A stretch of 64,000 nt of DNA from Bilabrum cf. latius (taxonomy: Eukaryota), in contig OZ237735.1 of the NCBI GenBank assembly GCA_965178125.1, positions 2,418,001 through 2,482,000 on the forward strand, given 5' to 3'. Each line of letters opens with the position of its first letter. Within the stretch, counting starts at the first letter, position 1. Below, piece after piece: positions 1 through 13,200 of the stretch. The position numbers were made by a program, and so were the translations under genes. Below the pieces are notes generated by a model, which saw only the letters and a list, made by a program, of their open reading frames with translations, did no database searches and was not told the DNA's origin.

Positions 1-3000
1 CCAATCGCAGCTTCGGAACTACTGGCCGCCTTGGTGCCAACAGGCTCGCTGATCTTGCCCGCACAGATCGCGTGCAGTCTCGACAGGCCCAGCCTCTGAG
101 CCAGTGCGCCCAGCTCCCCTCTTGTATTCCCACGCACTCGCACGGTGTCCATGTACAGGTACGTGACGAGCGCACCGAGAGTTCGATCATTTGCACCGGG
201 CAGCACAATCTCCAACTCGACTTGGGAACCCTCTGGGGCGCCACCAGCTCTAGACGCAGCAGCTGGCGCGGTACCATCAGCGGCTGCTGCATCCGACAGC
301 CTGGCACACACGACACAAGGTGGCAACTGCGTCTACCCTTTTCCTGCTGCCATCTCCCTGTGCTTCATTCCGCCCCTCCGAGTTCGCCTCGTTGGCTTTG
401 GCTTCTTCTACGTTGATACCGTTGCGTCCGCATCAGCGGCAGCCGGTGCCGATGCCAGCTTCGCCGCGGCGGCTCTCTGCTTCTTCTTCATTCGCTTCTG
501 TCGCATTTTCTTGGCGGCTTCGCGCAACTCGCTGGCGGCATCGAGCGACAGCCCGCCCACTGCTGCTGCAGGCTTGCTGCCAGGCCCATTGCCACCAGCA
601 CCCGCAGCGTCTTCGCCGCTGTCGCTGCTCGCCGCTGCATCGCCGGATGCCTGGCCTGGTTTCCACCTCAATCCGCCCCTTGCATGCAGAAAGGTACGTG
701 CAGCTGCCTGTGCCAGCTCCTCATCCACCTCTGGCACCCGCACAGACACACGGGCTTTGCCATCTGGTGACAGTACCGCAGCTCTCGCAGCTCGTGACGC
801 TGCGTCGGCCAGCAACGGGCAGCGTGCCAGCAGAATCTCGCCGTGCACAAGCAGAGGACCGCCCGATGGGACGCACGCCTGCGCTTTGAGCCCTTCGGCG
901 GAGTCTTCCACCGAATCTGCGGAGGCCCTCGATGCGTTGGGTAGCACGAGCCACCCAACCGGCTCGGCAGGCGCGAGGCCGCGTGCCAGCTGCGCGTCGA
1001 TGCCGCCGCTCTGGTACGATGTGCCGGTGGCACCCGGTTTGCTGGATGATTCACTGCCGTGCTGACCGCCTACATCCGTTACGTGACCACGAGCGGCCTC
1101 CATGGCAGAGCGGCGGTCCCCTCCTGCTCGCGAGGCCGTCGCCTCCGCTCGAGCCCTGGCAGCGTGCGCTGCCGACTTGCTCCTTGACGACCCTAGCCTC
1201 GATTCTAACCGCTGAGCTGCGCGCTAGAATTTTCCGCGGCTGACCCACGTGTATGAGTCCGGGTCTCTGTTGCTCCGCCTGCCGACGATGGAGTCGGCGT
1301 GTCCGGATATCATGTCCTGAAGCTCCTGGCGCATGCGACGCTCGCGCTGTTCCGCAGACCTCCTGGCTCGCTCCAGGGCGCCCGATCTTGCTCCACCATC
1401 GTGCGTGGCTGTGGTATCTGCTGCATGTCGCTGTGCAGCAGCCAGTGCATCGCTAAGCATCTCGGGAGACAGAGCGATTGCCACCGAGGACGAAAGCCCT
1501 CCACCCTCTTCACCGTGGGCCACGCCGGACCCAGACCCGCTGGCGGCCCCATGCCCGTCGCTTGACAGCGCACCAATCGTCAGCTGCTCCAGCAATTTTT
1601 TGGTAATCTTCACCTAACCAGCCCTCTTGGCAGGCCACAGGGACACTCCGGCCATGGACAGGAGCTCGGGGTCTCGCAGGAGAGGTGCCATCGACAGGCC
1701 GTGCCTGTCTCCAAGCGAGGGGCACGCGCACAGCATGTGCGAATCGCCGGCTCCGAACGCAACAACCCGGTGGAACGGCAGCGGCGCAGCCACCGGGGAG
1801 AAAGCGATCTGCGCAGACACCGTGCCCCTGCCCAGCACTCCCCAGCCCTGCCAGCCGAAGGTAACTAGCCTACCTTCGCGCGTGAGTGCCGCGCCCATCA
1901 GACCGCCCGCTTTCACTGCCGCAACTAGGCGATCCTGGCCTGCCATGGAGCCTCGCAGGGGCAAAGAGGCGCCTCCCGTCGCGTGCCAGTCCCCGCGCGG
2001 GAGCACAGGCCTGGCTGCACCGTCCGATGCGTCGCCTGCCGCAGCCTCGACCTCCTCTGGTTCCTCCTCGTGAGGCATCCCGTGCCCATCGTCTGCGAGC
2101 ACAGCCAGCACGTCCTGCGTGATGCCCAGGGCACGGGGCACGTAAAAGTGCGCCGACCTCAAGATTCTCTCGCCGTTCGACATGGTTGGTAATGCGCCCA
2201 TCTGGTGATACTCGGAGTGTCCCCATCCCCACAGCGTCCCATCCTCGGTCACGGCCAGCGAGTGGTTCTGTCCGCAGGCGATGTCCACGACGCGAGCCCG
2301 CGGCGGCACGAGCACAGCAGCCGCCCCGCGGTCTGGGCCCGCAAGCGACATGCCAAGTGAGGAGCCAGCCGCACCACCCGCCAGTGCGGCCACCCTCCCC
2401 TTCTCAAGCCTATCTGCCGCCCTTAGGTCTGGAAACGCGGCGAGCCGCGCGGGCTCCAGCCTCGTCCTGGCCACCCTCAGTCCCAACTGCCCAAGCCCGC
2501 CCGACCCGCACGCCCACACCCTGCCAGTGTCGTCCAGTAGCAGCGTGTGCGAAGCGCCGCACGCGGCCTTGCGTATCTTGGGCAGCGGTGCGTAGTGCTC
2601 CAGTCCGCGAGGAACATCACCGGCCTCGTTTCCCTCTCTGATCTGCCTAAAATGCGGGAGGGGGAACCGATGCCGGAGCCCTAGCTGACCCCTATCGTTG
2701 AATCCCTGGGACCATGCCCGCCCTTCGCTGTCCACGACAACCACGTGCCGATACCCCGCGGCCACGTGCTGCACCTTGACGCCCAGCCTCTACAGTTGCC
2801 TGTGCACCCTTGGTATGGGCACGTGCTCAATGCTGAGCTGAGCACCAAGCACTCCCTCGTCCCCGTCCTCCCGATGGGTACCATCAGCAGTGCCATCAGC
2901 TTTGACAGAGCCGGTGGAAGGGGCAGGAACCGCTGCAGGGGATGGGCTAACTGCTGTCCGGTGAGAGCCCGTCCGGTCGTCGCCGCCGTGGGATGCAGAC

Positions 3001-4002
3001 GATGAGGTTCGGTCAGGTGCAGTGGTACTTTCAGTAGCAGCGGACGACGCACGGGAAGGGTCGGCCTGCCGCGTAGGGGAGCCGCCAGTGGACGAGGCGG
3101 GTGTAGAGCTCGAGCCAATGCCCACCTTTGTGCCTGCCGCCAGGTACTGCATGGCCGACTTCACCACCATGCGCCTGACCGAGTCGCGCGGTGCTTCCAC
3201 GGCCAGACCCGGAAGCACGATCTGAGCCATTTCGAACTCGCGGTCCTCCTTCTCCTTCTCCTTGTCTTCGCTGCCTGCGCCAGCGCCGGCACCGTCACCG
3301 CCAGCCTCCTCTGAGGCTCCAACCTTCTTGCCTTCACCTCCAGCCGTTGCCGCTGCAGATGAAGGGCTTGCATCCGCGCCAGGCGACGACAGCTTGCCTT
3401 CTTGGAATCGGGTGCCCCACTCGTACAGCGCCCCCTCGTCATCCCACGCCAGAGACATGGTCTCGCTCGCGCAAATGCCAGTGATTCTTTTTCCCAGCAG
3501 CTTCTCGATTCGAACGGGCTGCCAGCGAAGCACCAAATCGTCCTGCTCGTCAGAGCTTGGCTTCTTCGCTTGCCTTGCAGATGCGAGCAGAGGCACTTCT
3601 CTGCCAAGCTAGCCTTCCACAGCTCTGCCGAACGACATGACGTGTCCCGAGCTCGTGAGCACCAAGGTATGTCCTGCGCCCCCTTCTATATCAACAACCG
3701 ACGTTCCATCGAGCATATCGTTCAGTCGAGGCTCAATTTCCGAAAAATTTCGCTCCTGCCGGCTGACCCGCCCCACCAGCCGTTTGCCATGTTGTGTCAG
3801 CGGCGACTTATCCGCAAACCCAAGCTATCCGTCCATATTTCGACCCCATGCAAATGTCTGTGAATAGAAATACAAATAAATTTGTTATTGACATTGTTAA
3901 AATGCGGGTCGAACCTTGCGATCGAGTAAAAGTGCCCCTAAGAACGAGTGAAGGTGCTTTCGTAGACCACATGAAAGGTGGTACTATAGAACTTACAGAC
4001 AT
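1..4002 (-). CDS. RCC1-repeat + BTB/POZ domain protein (3' end runs off the window); exon 4002-3997, intron 3996-3858, exon 3857-<1
   Basis: ATG TCT|GTAAGT...TTCACAG|ACA TTT GCA TGG gives MSTFAWGRN. ORFs 2790-3596, 1614-2774, 1224-1613 and 408-1103 share one frame and are separated only by TAG. RCC1 motifs: AWGRNMDG*LG, SFGRAVEG*LG, GFNDRGQLG, ACGASHTLLL, ACGQNHSLAV. Split BTB motifs: VHGEILLARCPLL and LGALVTYLYMDTV...LAQRLGLSRL. Confidence 0.85.
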
Positions 4003-4233
4003 TAGAACAGCTCTACCTTGTAATCAATTTCCTTTACCTCTATTTGCGCCAATTTTACAAAGAAACCGTCTGATGTTTCTCTATATAAAGGGAAATATGA
4101 TTGTCCCGATCCAACGAGCGTACGCTGAAACGTGTGACGAGTCCAATCCCGAAACCCGGAACAATCCCACCAAAACCGGAACCGTTTGTCGAATTGTCCT
4201 GCTGCCTGCTGCGCAGCGTATTGGTGGAGGTTT

Positions 4234-5859
4234 TCAGTACTGCAACTCATCAAGCCTTCCAAATGTCCCTTCGAAGCCGCCCGACAAGAGCACCACGTGC
4301 GCGTGGTCGCAGTTAAACGCCAGGCTGCCAGCCGGCCCCACGGCACCTCTGCCAGAAAATGACGCAGGTCCACCATGCAAGCTGTCTTCCCTCCTCCCAG
4401 CCTCGCTTGCTGCGTGAAACCCCTCCATCCATCGTCTGGCTGTCTCGGCCAACTTCACCGAGTACACCGGGTCGAGGGGCAGCCCTCGCTGCAGCCACTC
4501 GTGCCAAGCCGTGCGAACCCCTGCGTTGATGGCACCGAAGCTCTTCGCTGTCCATGGCCGATGCACCAGCACGGGCAAATCCAAGTCCGGGAGTGTTGGA
4601 AGAAGCCTGCTTGGAGTTTCTTCGGCCGCGGCCCAGGCCGAGCACGTGCTCGGTGCTCGCTCCGAGCAAGTGCTTGTCGACACTACGCTCGCTTTCAAGC
4701 GACACCGCCGCCACGACCCAACCGCATCCGTAGCCATTCTCACTACTGGCACCATGTCCGATACAGCATGGCACGGAATCCAGGCCGATCCTGATTCCGA
4801 GCCTGCGACTCCCCTGTCGCGCTTTGCTGCAGCCAGCACTCCAGCGTGCAGATCCCCGGCGACATCCACGACATGGAACACAGTGCGGTGCGGGCTTGAT
4901 TCAGTTCCAGCCAGGAAAGTTAGCAAGGATCGCTCGCCCTCCACTGCTTGCTTCCCATGCAATGCGGCTGCGGCACGCGCCGCCATGGCAGCTGCACCCG
5001 TGCCCGTGCCACAATCCATCCACACGTGCAGCATGCGCGGGCAGCCTGGTACGCACACCCGGCGGGCACCGCTTGCTTCGACGCGTGCCGCGGACGAGGC
5101 GGGGGCGGAGCAGGAGAAGGAGAAGGCATCTCGCCTGCGTGTGGCCGGCAACTTCCAGAAGTCGTGACCCTGGGCAGCCCGTGCCACCTCGAGGAGCTGA
5201 TCAGCCGCACCTTTGGCACCCTCGGGGCACGCCGCCCCTTCCGGGATGACCAGAATGGCGCTTCCATGCCGACCCCCAGCACCGCAAGCGGCGGTGTCAT
5301 GACCTGTGCTGAGGGAGTGCCTCACCAGCGCGGGGTCGTGCAAAGCGTCGTACATTTGCTAAGTAGATGGCCTGCCCTCCTCTTTTTGCAGGCGTACGGA
5401 CCAGCATGGGCCGGGTGAAGCAAGGCTCTCGAATGTGGACGTCTCGAGCTCGATCACTCTGGCGTCTGGTCCCTTCCCATACAGAGTCGCACTCACAGCA
5501 GTATTGCCGTGAACAGCCACATGGGCTTTACGTTTCGGAATACCAAGCCAAGGCCGTACGCCGCGCTGGGCAAGCTACAGCCCGAGAGACACTGCATTAT
5601 TGGATGCCTGCGATCCAGCTATAATGACAGCATCAGAAACGGACAAGTCAGCTATCAAGGAAGCCAGTCCTGCTGTTTTGTGTTTTTTGTTTCCGTTGGC
5701 ATATGGAGTGCCGCTGTCTCCCCTAAAAATCCACCCTTTGCAGGTGGAGCCCGGGAAGCTGGCGGGCAGTTGCAACAGTGAGCAATTCAGACGAATGGCC
5801 GGTCTCTTGCGCCAACAAGTGGTTAGAGATAAATTACGGGGACGAGCCGCCGTAAGCAT
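4234..5859 (-). CDS. PLP-dependent ACC deaminase / D-cysteine desulfhydrase-family protein (divergent)
   Basis: ORF 5575-5859 joins ORF 4234-5355 in frame through TAGs at 5575-77 and 5359-61 and ends in TGA. Motifs: NGNKKHK (PLP-lysine GNKxRK-like), GSQASNNA, IPEG, DCGTGTG, LDPVYSVK. Confidence 0.7.
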
Positions 5860-5984
5860 TCATTCGTAGAACGCAGTGCATACCAAAATAGCCGTGCCCC
5901 GTGCATTACCGGAAGCCAACACTGTGCCCAGCAGCCTGAGTGGGCCAGCACAAGTTTGTCGTGCGTGTGACGTCCCATCGCGGG

Positions 5985-8900
5985 ATGCAACGAAGTTTCT
6001 GCTAGATAGTGATACTTATCCTTGCAGCATGTACGATTCACGGTGCGAGAGTTAGGCTTTCAGCCTCCGAGGCAATTGAAATCTACCAAGATGCTCTGCA
6101 GAATGCATCCATCACGACTTCAGAACCAGTGCTGCTGACTGGGCCGGTTGGTTCCAGCCACGCAAGGTTCCTGCTTGATACTATTGAAGCTGGGAACGAC
6201 TGCATGGTCTTGGTCGGAGAAGCCGAAGAGCTGACAGGGGCAGCGCTCGCGCCGGGTGCCGGCGCAACTATACCAATCCGACTGGTTGCTGTGCCCGAAG
6301 TGGTTCGAGGCAAATCCGATGGATCCAGTAGTAGTGTAGTCGCTTAGATCGTGGAGCTCCGAGGTTTGCGCCCCGGAAGGCTGTACGCAGTGTTCGTTGT
6401 TCCGACGAGCGAGTGGGACGATGCCATCTCCTCTCGAGGTCTGAATGACCTGGTCAGCGACACGGCCGCAGACCTTTCTCTTTCGGTCATTGGAGGGAGA
6501 ATGGACCTTGATTCGTCTTGGTCGGAACTGCGCCGCGGAGCCGTGCGTTTCCTCCCTCAAGCCGGCCACTCCCCCGAGGCCGAGCAGGCAGCGCAGCGGC
6601 TCGCTGCCTTGCTCCATCGGCGCGTGATCGGCAGACCGCACGGGTCCCTGCCCCCTCAGCGATCCGCTAATGCCCTTAAAATATTGAATCGAGAAGGCGA
6701 GCAGGAGCTGGTCCGCGCTCCGTGGGAGCAGTCCATGGACACGTACTCCCCTCCCTTGCTGTTCCGCACCCACTGCAACACCCAGCCTGAACCACCGACA
6801 GACCAAGAGGCACAACAAACGCAAAGCACAGAGGATGCGTGCCCGCCCCACATCGTTCAGATGGCAGAGGCCGCCGCCAGAGGGGATGGCCCAGCCCCGG
6901 TGCATCGCATGGTGGTGACCTCCTGCGACAGGTACGTCGAGGACCACGACGAAGGCCTCTGGATCGAGCTGCTGACCGCCATGCCGGAGCTTGACGCGGC
7001 CGCGCAACCAGCCAGGGCAAGAGGGGCCGGCGCAGGCAGGGAGGCAGGCGCGGCGCTCTGGTCGACTGCGTTCATGGAGGGAGACAACGTGTACATGGAC
7101 TGGGCCGCTGCCTACCTGCTTGCCCAGAACGTGTCCAGAGAGCCCCACGAGCTGCGGGGCGCCTACAGGGCCTTCTACAGGGCGAGCTACAGCAGGCCGC
7201 TGATGCGCCGCTTCATGCGCAGGGGTGCGCATTCCATGGTGGGCGATGACCACGAGGCAGTGAACAACCTCAACCGCTGGATGGATGCGGCTGGGACGGA
7301 CCACCCGCTGGACAGCAAGGGTTTGCTCGAAGGTTTGGCCGTTTCGCATCACGCGGGTTCAAAGGTCAGTCTGAAGTCAGTGGTGCGGGCAGCCAGGGAG
7401 GTATTCGCGGAGTACCAGCTGGCGCTGACTAGTCCATGGCGGACGAGCGAATGGCTGGCTGCCCGCCGCGGCGGCGAGGTCGTCGCGCCGGTGGTGCTCC
7501 ACCTCGACGCGAGTCCGACGGAGGATAGCCGACGGCCGAGGCAGGAAGAGCAGCGGCTGAATCGAGAGGCTGGCGGTGTGCGTCTCCCTCAGAGCACGTC
7601 GTCCATCATGGACTCGGCTCTCCTTGCTGGCACCAGGCAAAAAGGCAAGCCCTCGGGGCAAGCCACAGAAACCGCGACCAGCGTTGACGGTCCCTCGAGT
7701 TTCTTCTCCATGTGGCTGGGACCCACGGTTGTTCTCCAAGTAGACACGAGGTGGCAGCGGTCCTTCCTGCCGGACCCTTTGTCACCCTTCATCGGCAGGC
7801 AGCAGATCGCGCATGCAGCCAGCGTGCTCGCAGCTGCCGAGCAGTCCGGCGCGGTGCGCGACGTCGTGATTCCGACCAGCGTTCCAATGATGTGGATGGG
7901 CTACAAAGAGGCAGACGTTGCCTACTACTTTGAGAACGACGAGTACGCCACATACAGGCACAACCTGCCTAGCAGCATCGCTTTGCTGGAGCTCGTGTCT
8001 GCGTCCAGCAAGGTGTCTTACCTGATCGGTGGTGACGTTCACTGCGCATCACGGAATGCCGTGTGCAGGACGGACTGGGACGAGCTTCGAGCAGCAAAGA
8101 AAGCGACTGAGCTGTCGCAGAGCGGGGCTTCCTCCACCTTGATGGACGCCAGCAGTGGCCTCCGGGACGAGGACGTGGTGCCTGGGGATCCCGACGCCGG
8201 GCTGGCGGTGTCTGCACTGCAGCGATTTTTAGGGCCTCTGCTCACAGCGGAGCGGACTCCAATTGCGGACGCCAGAAGCTTCCACCTCCAGGCATTCGTA
8301 CTGCTGGCAGATTCGATGGCCACGCCTTCGTTCTGGGCATAGAGCGAGCGGAGTACAGCGGCCGTCTGCTCGAAGTGCCTCCGGACTGCGCTCAGGCCGA
8401 TGCTGTCACACCTGGCGTCAACACAAGAGGGAGGATTGGAGGCAAGCGACGTGGAGGCGTTCACGTCAGATTCGGGGGTCGTTCTTTCGAGCAAGCTGCT
8501 CGATGCCATTGGTGCCGTGCAGCTCGATCACAGAGAGAAGCGATTCGTCATGACCAAGCTAGCGGCGCACGCCTGCCTCCGGGCATTCGTGCTGGGCAAG
8601 GCCAAGGCCAGCCCAAAACTGGCGATGCCCCTGGCTAGCCTGCCCGACTCGTCCCGGTGCGTGGCTCACATGGTGTCGAGCGGGTCCACGACGAAGAGCA
8701 CCTCACTTACCAGCAAGGTCATCATCGCCTTCAACTCGCTGCTGCAGCACGGGGGGCCCGTAAGGGCCGGGCCGTGGGAGGCAGAGGGCAGCTTCCACCC
8801 TAGCGTGAACACAATCACCATGTAGTTCGACCAGTTTGTGCCGCGCACTGGCAGGCCAGTGCGTCCTGCAGATGATCGGGGAACAGGCTTGGTGTCCTGG

Positions 8901-10016
8901 TCCGGTGTTGCGACGGGTCGGGGTCGACGGTCCGTGGTTTCAGTCCCTGCTTTTGCGCAGGACGGGCAGTTGATCAGGTAGGAGGAGAGCTCTGCGCGAT
9001 TCGTGCGACTGGATTGGTACGAAGAGCAAGATCGGGTGCGAGGTGTTTCCGACGGGCAGCCCAGGAGGTTCGGGGTGACGCACGGCCAAGGTGGGTGGAA
9101 CCGTCTGATGTCTGGGTTTTGGGTCGCTGTGGTTGAGACCATTCGAAATGGGCTCGCTAGCGGAGTGTGGGGTGTACACATCGACCCGAGAGATAGCTTG
9201 ATTGGCCATGGAGGCACCCGCCGCCCGGAAGCAGTGGGTCTGTTCGAGGAGCGCTCCTGCAATGCACTTGTTCCCTCGGGTGACCCTAACGGTGCGCCTC
9301 AAGTCTCGCAGCTGGGCGTGCCTGTGGGATCATCAGTCGAGATTGGTACCGCTGGGAATCTTTCTGCCGTTCTTGCAGTCTCTGCAGTGACACCTTCGAG
9401 GGACCCAAGGCTGCACAGGGTTTGGTGCGAGTGCGGGGCGAGTGGCAGCGGCAACTTGCAGTACGCAGCGTGTCACCGGGCCACTCCGACAGCCGAGTTC
9501 GCGCTCATCCGTCTGCTGCAGGTGCGCGGTGACTTGGCCGTGGTGGCGGTGTGTGGGATGCTGGGGTGCATCGCACTGTCGGTATGGGCTGCGGCTTTGA
9601 TCGCCCAGCACTGGGGAGAGTCTGTGCTGATGCTGCTGTTTGGCGGGCCAATTTCGCTTGCTTGGAAAGTGTTCACTGACCCAACCACTGTGGTCAATGC
9701 CTTGATCGGCACACTGCTCGTGTGGGGTGTGTGGCTGCTGGTCGGGTGGGGCATTGTGGTGGCTGTGCCGGCCGAGTGGCTGCTAGCAGTACGAGTGAGC
9801 ACTCCTTGGGCGTCTTTGGTTCTGATGAGACTATGCTTCTGGGTGGTCCTTGGGGGTACATCCTTCTTGCTCGCTGTGATGGTGGCTCTGGACCTGGCAG
9901 GAAAATCTCCCGATGTGGGTGGAACTGCGACCGTTGTGGTGGTCGCAGGGTTGGTCAGAGGCATCCTGTGGCTAGGCGATGCTCTTCCTGTGCAAGGCGC
10001 TCTACCGAGCCCGTGA
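5985..10016 (+). CDS. PhoD-like metallophosphatase with signal peptide and C-terminal TM helices (~1,343 aa)
   Basis: One frame from ATG 5985 (MQRSFC*IVILILAAC, signal-peptide-like) through TAGs at 6003, 6345, 8340, 8823 and 8979 to TGA 10014-16. Motifs: TSCD, EGDNVYMD, GDDHEAVNN, VDTR, IGGDVH. About 4-5 hydrophobic helices lie near the C-terminus. Confidence 0.75.
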
Positions 10017-10215
10017 TACATTGTATTGAACATGTTCATTGCGTCAGAAGTGCATTGTTGTGTCTGGTCGAAAACGTGCTTGATGACTGTTCCGGTGGCG
10101 CCGCGCAATTGGATCCAATGCTGGTTCCGCTGCGCAAGTGCAACTTCTGCAACTTCTGCAACTGCAACTGCAGCAGAGCAGGGACAAGCGCAAGACAAAA
10201 GCTAGCAGCGGCACG

Positions 10216-13200
10216 ATGCTGGCATTGGTTGCCGTCTCCATTCTAGCAAGTTATGTTGCGTATTCAATAGAGCCACCTAGCATTGATTCCATCGACAGAA
10301 TGGATGCAGGCGTTGCCGTTTCAGCGTCCATATAGAATGACGCGCCGTACCAGTACGTAGAATTGCAAGCCATTTCCCCGGTAAGAGTCCTCAGCAGCAA
10401 CTAACTTCAAGAAATCAACAGCAAGCATGATTTTTATAGCATTGGATGGCGTTTTACTCGTAATTAAGTCGTCTTTCGTGGCTCAATGGTGACCGACCTC
10501 CTCCGTCACTATCGACTTCAAGAAGTTCACCCAACTTTTACTTTGCAGAATCTACGGGATAATTTCGATGGATTGGGCCCGGTTTCGTACCAAAGCACAT
10601 CAGATGCTGCGTCACGTGCAGCTCACGTGCTCTCCAGAGCCACACCCGGTAACGACACGTCAGTTTGGGTGGTCGAGTCGGAAGTCGATGCTCAGGACGG
10701 CGAGGCCGATCTTTTTTCGCTTTCTGATCGCCCTGGCTGGCTTCGAATGGGAGTAAACTATCGCGCAAATGCGTGGAGCGACAGGGGTAATTCCCTGTAC
10801 GCGCTACAGGCGGGTCCAGGCGAGGACATGTTCATGGAGACAAAGGTGGATTTTCAGACGGGTTGGAGCACAGAGTACCCGACCGCAAGCAGGGACTGGT
10901 TCCACTCCATCAATGCAGGACTGGTTATCTTCAACCACGCGCAGAATAGGCACGTCTTGCACCTGGGCGTGCGCACAAATAATGACGACCTGATCATCTC
11001 GGCCGAGAGAAGGTCCGAGCGGATGGCCACGGAGAGGATCACGAGATCGAACAAGGTGGTGTGGCTGCGCCTAGAGCACTTTGGTCGGGAAAACAGCATC
11101 AAATCGTACTACAAGCTGTCAGAGTCGGCAGATTGGACACTCCTCTTCGAGGGAAGCGACTCTAGGCATGCCGAAAACTTGGCAGCCGAGTCCACACGCC
11201 TGACCGACATCAGCTACGGGCTCCTGCTGAAGACCAGGTCTGCGCCGGCCACTGGACGATTTGCTATCGCAGACTTTGATTATTTTCAGATGGGCAACGT
11301 GTATGAGGACCTGGAGTGCGGAGATGAGCACGCGCGAGTGGTGGTGCCCATAGTGAACGGAACAGCAACGGCCACCCTTCACGGTCTGCGGAACTAGCAC
11401 GGATACAGAATCAGGGCCAGAAGTCTCGATCTAGACGGCGTTTTGCCAGAACACGTGGATCGATCCGATTTGGACGGCGTGGATCTCGCTGGGTTTTCGC
11501 TGGAGGAGCTGCCGGCGCACAGCTCGAGTGACTGGGTCGGGCACCCCACCAGTCCCACCTTTTCTCGCATCCAGCCGGACGCGCTAGGTAGCTACCCGGT
11601 GCAGAACAACCGGCCGTCATTCTTCCTGGACGGCAAGACTCTCCGAAAGGCCGAGCTGTTCAAGGTGTGGCACGACTTTGGCTCTGTGGGAGCTCACCTG
11701 AGTCACCAGCCGAGGAGCAACTGGTGGCCTCGCGCACCCACCGTGCTGGAAAGCGAGTACTGGGACGTGTCGGCACCATCCTTTGGCCGATCTGACGGTG
11801 GGGGCTCCTACCTGGGGCGAGTGGACAGCAAAGCAATAGATGCTCTGGCACATCCTTCCATGAGCAGTAATGGAGACAGCATTTTCGAGTTCTTGATATG
11901 GCGGAACAGGGAGGCGCCTGCCACCACGTCTAACTCGAGGCGGGTGCTGCTCACCTACGGCTCAGGCGCATCTGGAACCAGAGGCGGAGACGCAGGGTTT
12001 GCTTACCTTTTCGGTCGGTGCTACTCCGCATCCTACCAATGCCACGGCTATCGAGCCACGGATACCACTGGCAGCCCCGGCAGTGTGGCGCAGCAGTACT
12101 ACACTGATGACCGAACTACTTTGAATGCGATAAGTCTGAAGACCCGTCAAGTCGGCAATGAGCGAAACCTTGAGATCAGGACGAACGAGAACGGATGGGC
12201 CCAGCGGTTCGGTCGAATGCAATCGCTCACGTCAAACGGACACAGGACTGGGCTCGGAGCCATCAAATCGGAGGACTCGAGATTTGGTGTCGTCCTGGGC
12301 GCATACGTGGATGGCCCTGGCAACCCACGAGGGAACCTTGGAGCGAATGCAGACATTGTAGGATTTGTCCGGTGGCCGCGCCCCATTTGGAACCAGGACC
12401 AGGAGGACGCCTTCCGATGGGTCGGTGATCGATACGGTCTCGTCTGCCCAAACCTGCGCCCGCGTGAGTACAACAGCACGGTTCTCACCGATGGATCGTC
12501 TGGATGGCGCGGCCGGCCCCCGCTTGACGCAGCGTATGGCAACATGGCTTGGCACCAGGACCAGGTCAATTCAGTTTGTCTATCGGAAGTGAACGGCAGG
12601 GCAATGACCGCTGTTTTGGGCTATGAGGGCATCAATACCTGCAGCTCGGGCTACTGGGCCGAGGGATCAGGTCCTCTCTGCTCGCTGTCGTGTCCCGTGC
12701 GGACCACCCCAAGCGCTGGTGGAGAAAGCTGCGACACCGGGGTCCACGTCGAATCGTTCGCCACCAACCCTGACGGAAGCGACCTGAACGATGATGGCCT
12801 CTTTTTGGGTTACGAGCACTTTCCCTAGTTCCCGGGGGACGTCAGGCGGCAGGAGCACTTTGCCATCGACACGGATGCGACCCACACCGGAGTCGTTAGC
12901 CGGGTCTACGCCGGTGGGGTCGACAGTCACGGCGTGGTCAAGATGCAGTCTCGGCCTAGCACGTGCGAGTTCGAGAGCAGACCGATGATCCTGTATCCCT
13001 CTAAGCCCGCGTGGGAGTCTAGAGCCGATCTCGTGGGCCGTGCGTGGGTCCGACTCACGTCGATGGGCTCTGCGGCAGGAGTGGCCATGCGCGTGTAGCA
13101 GGGCGGATAGCAGTTCTATACTGTTGCCATCCGGGCTCCGAGTGGCGCTGCTGGTCTAACCACGTCCATTGGGACTGCGACATTCCCAGAGGACGTGTAT

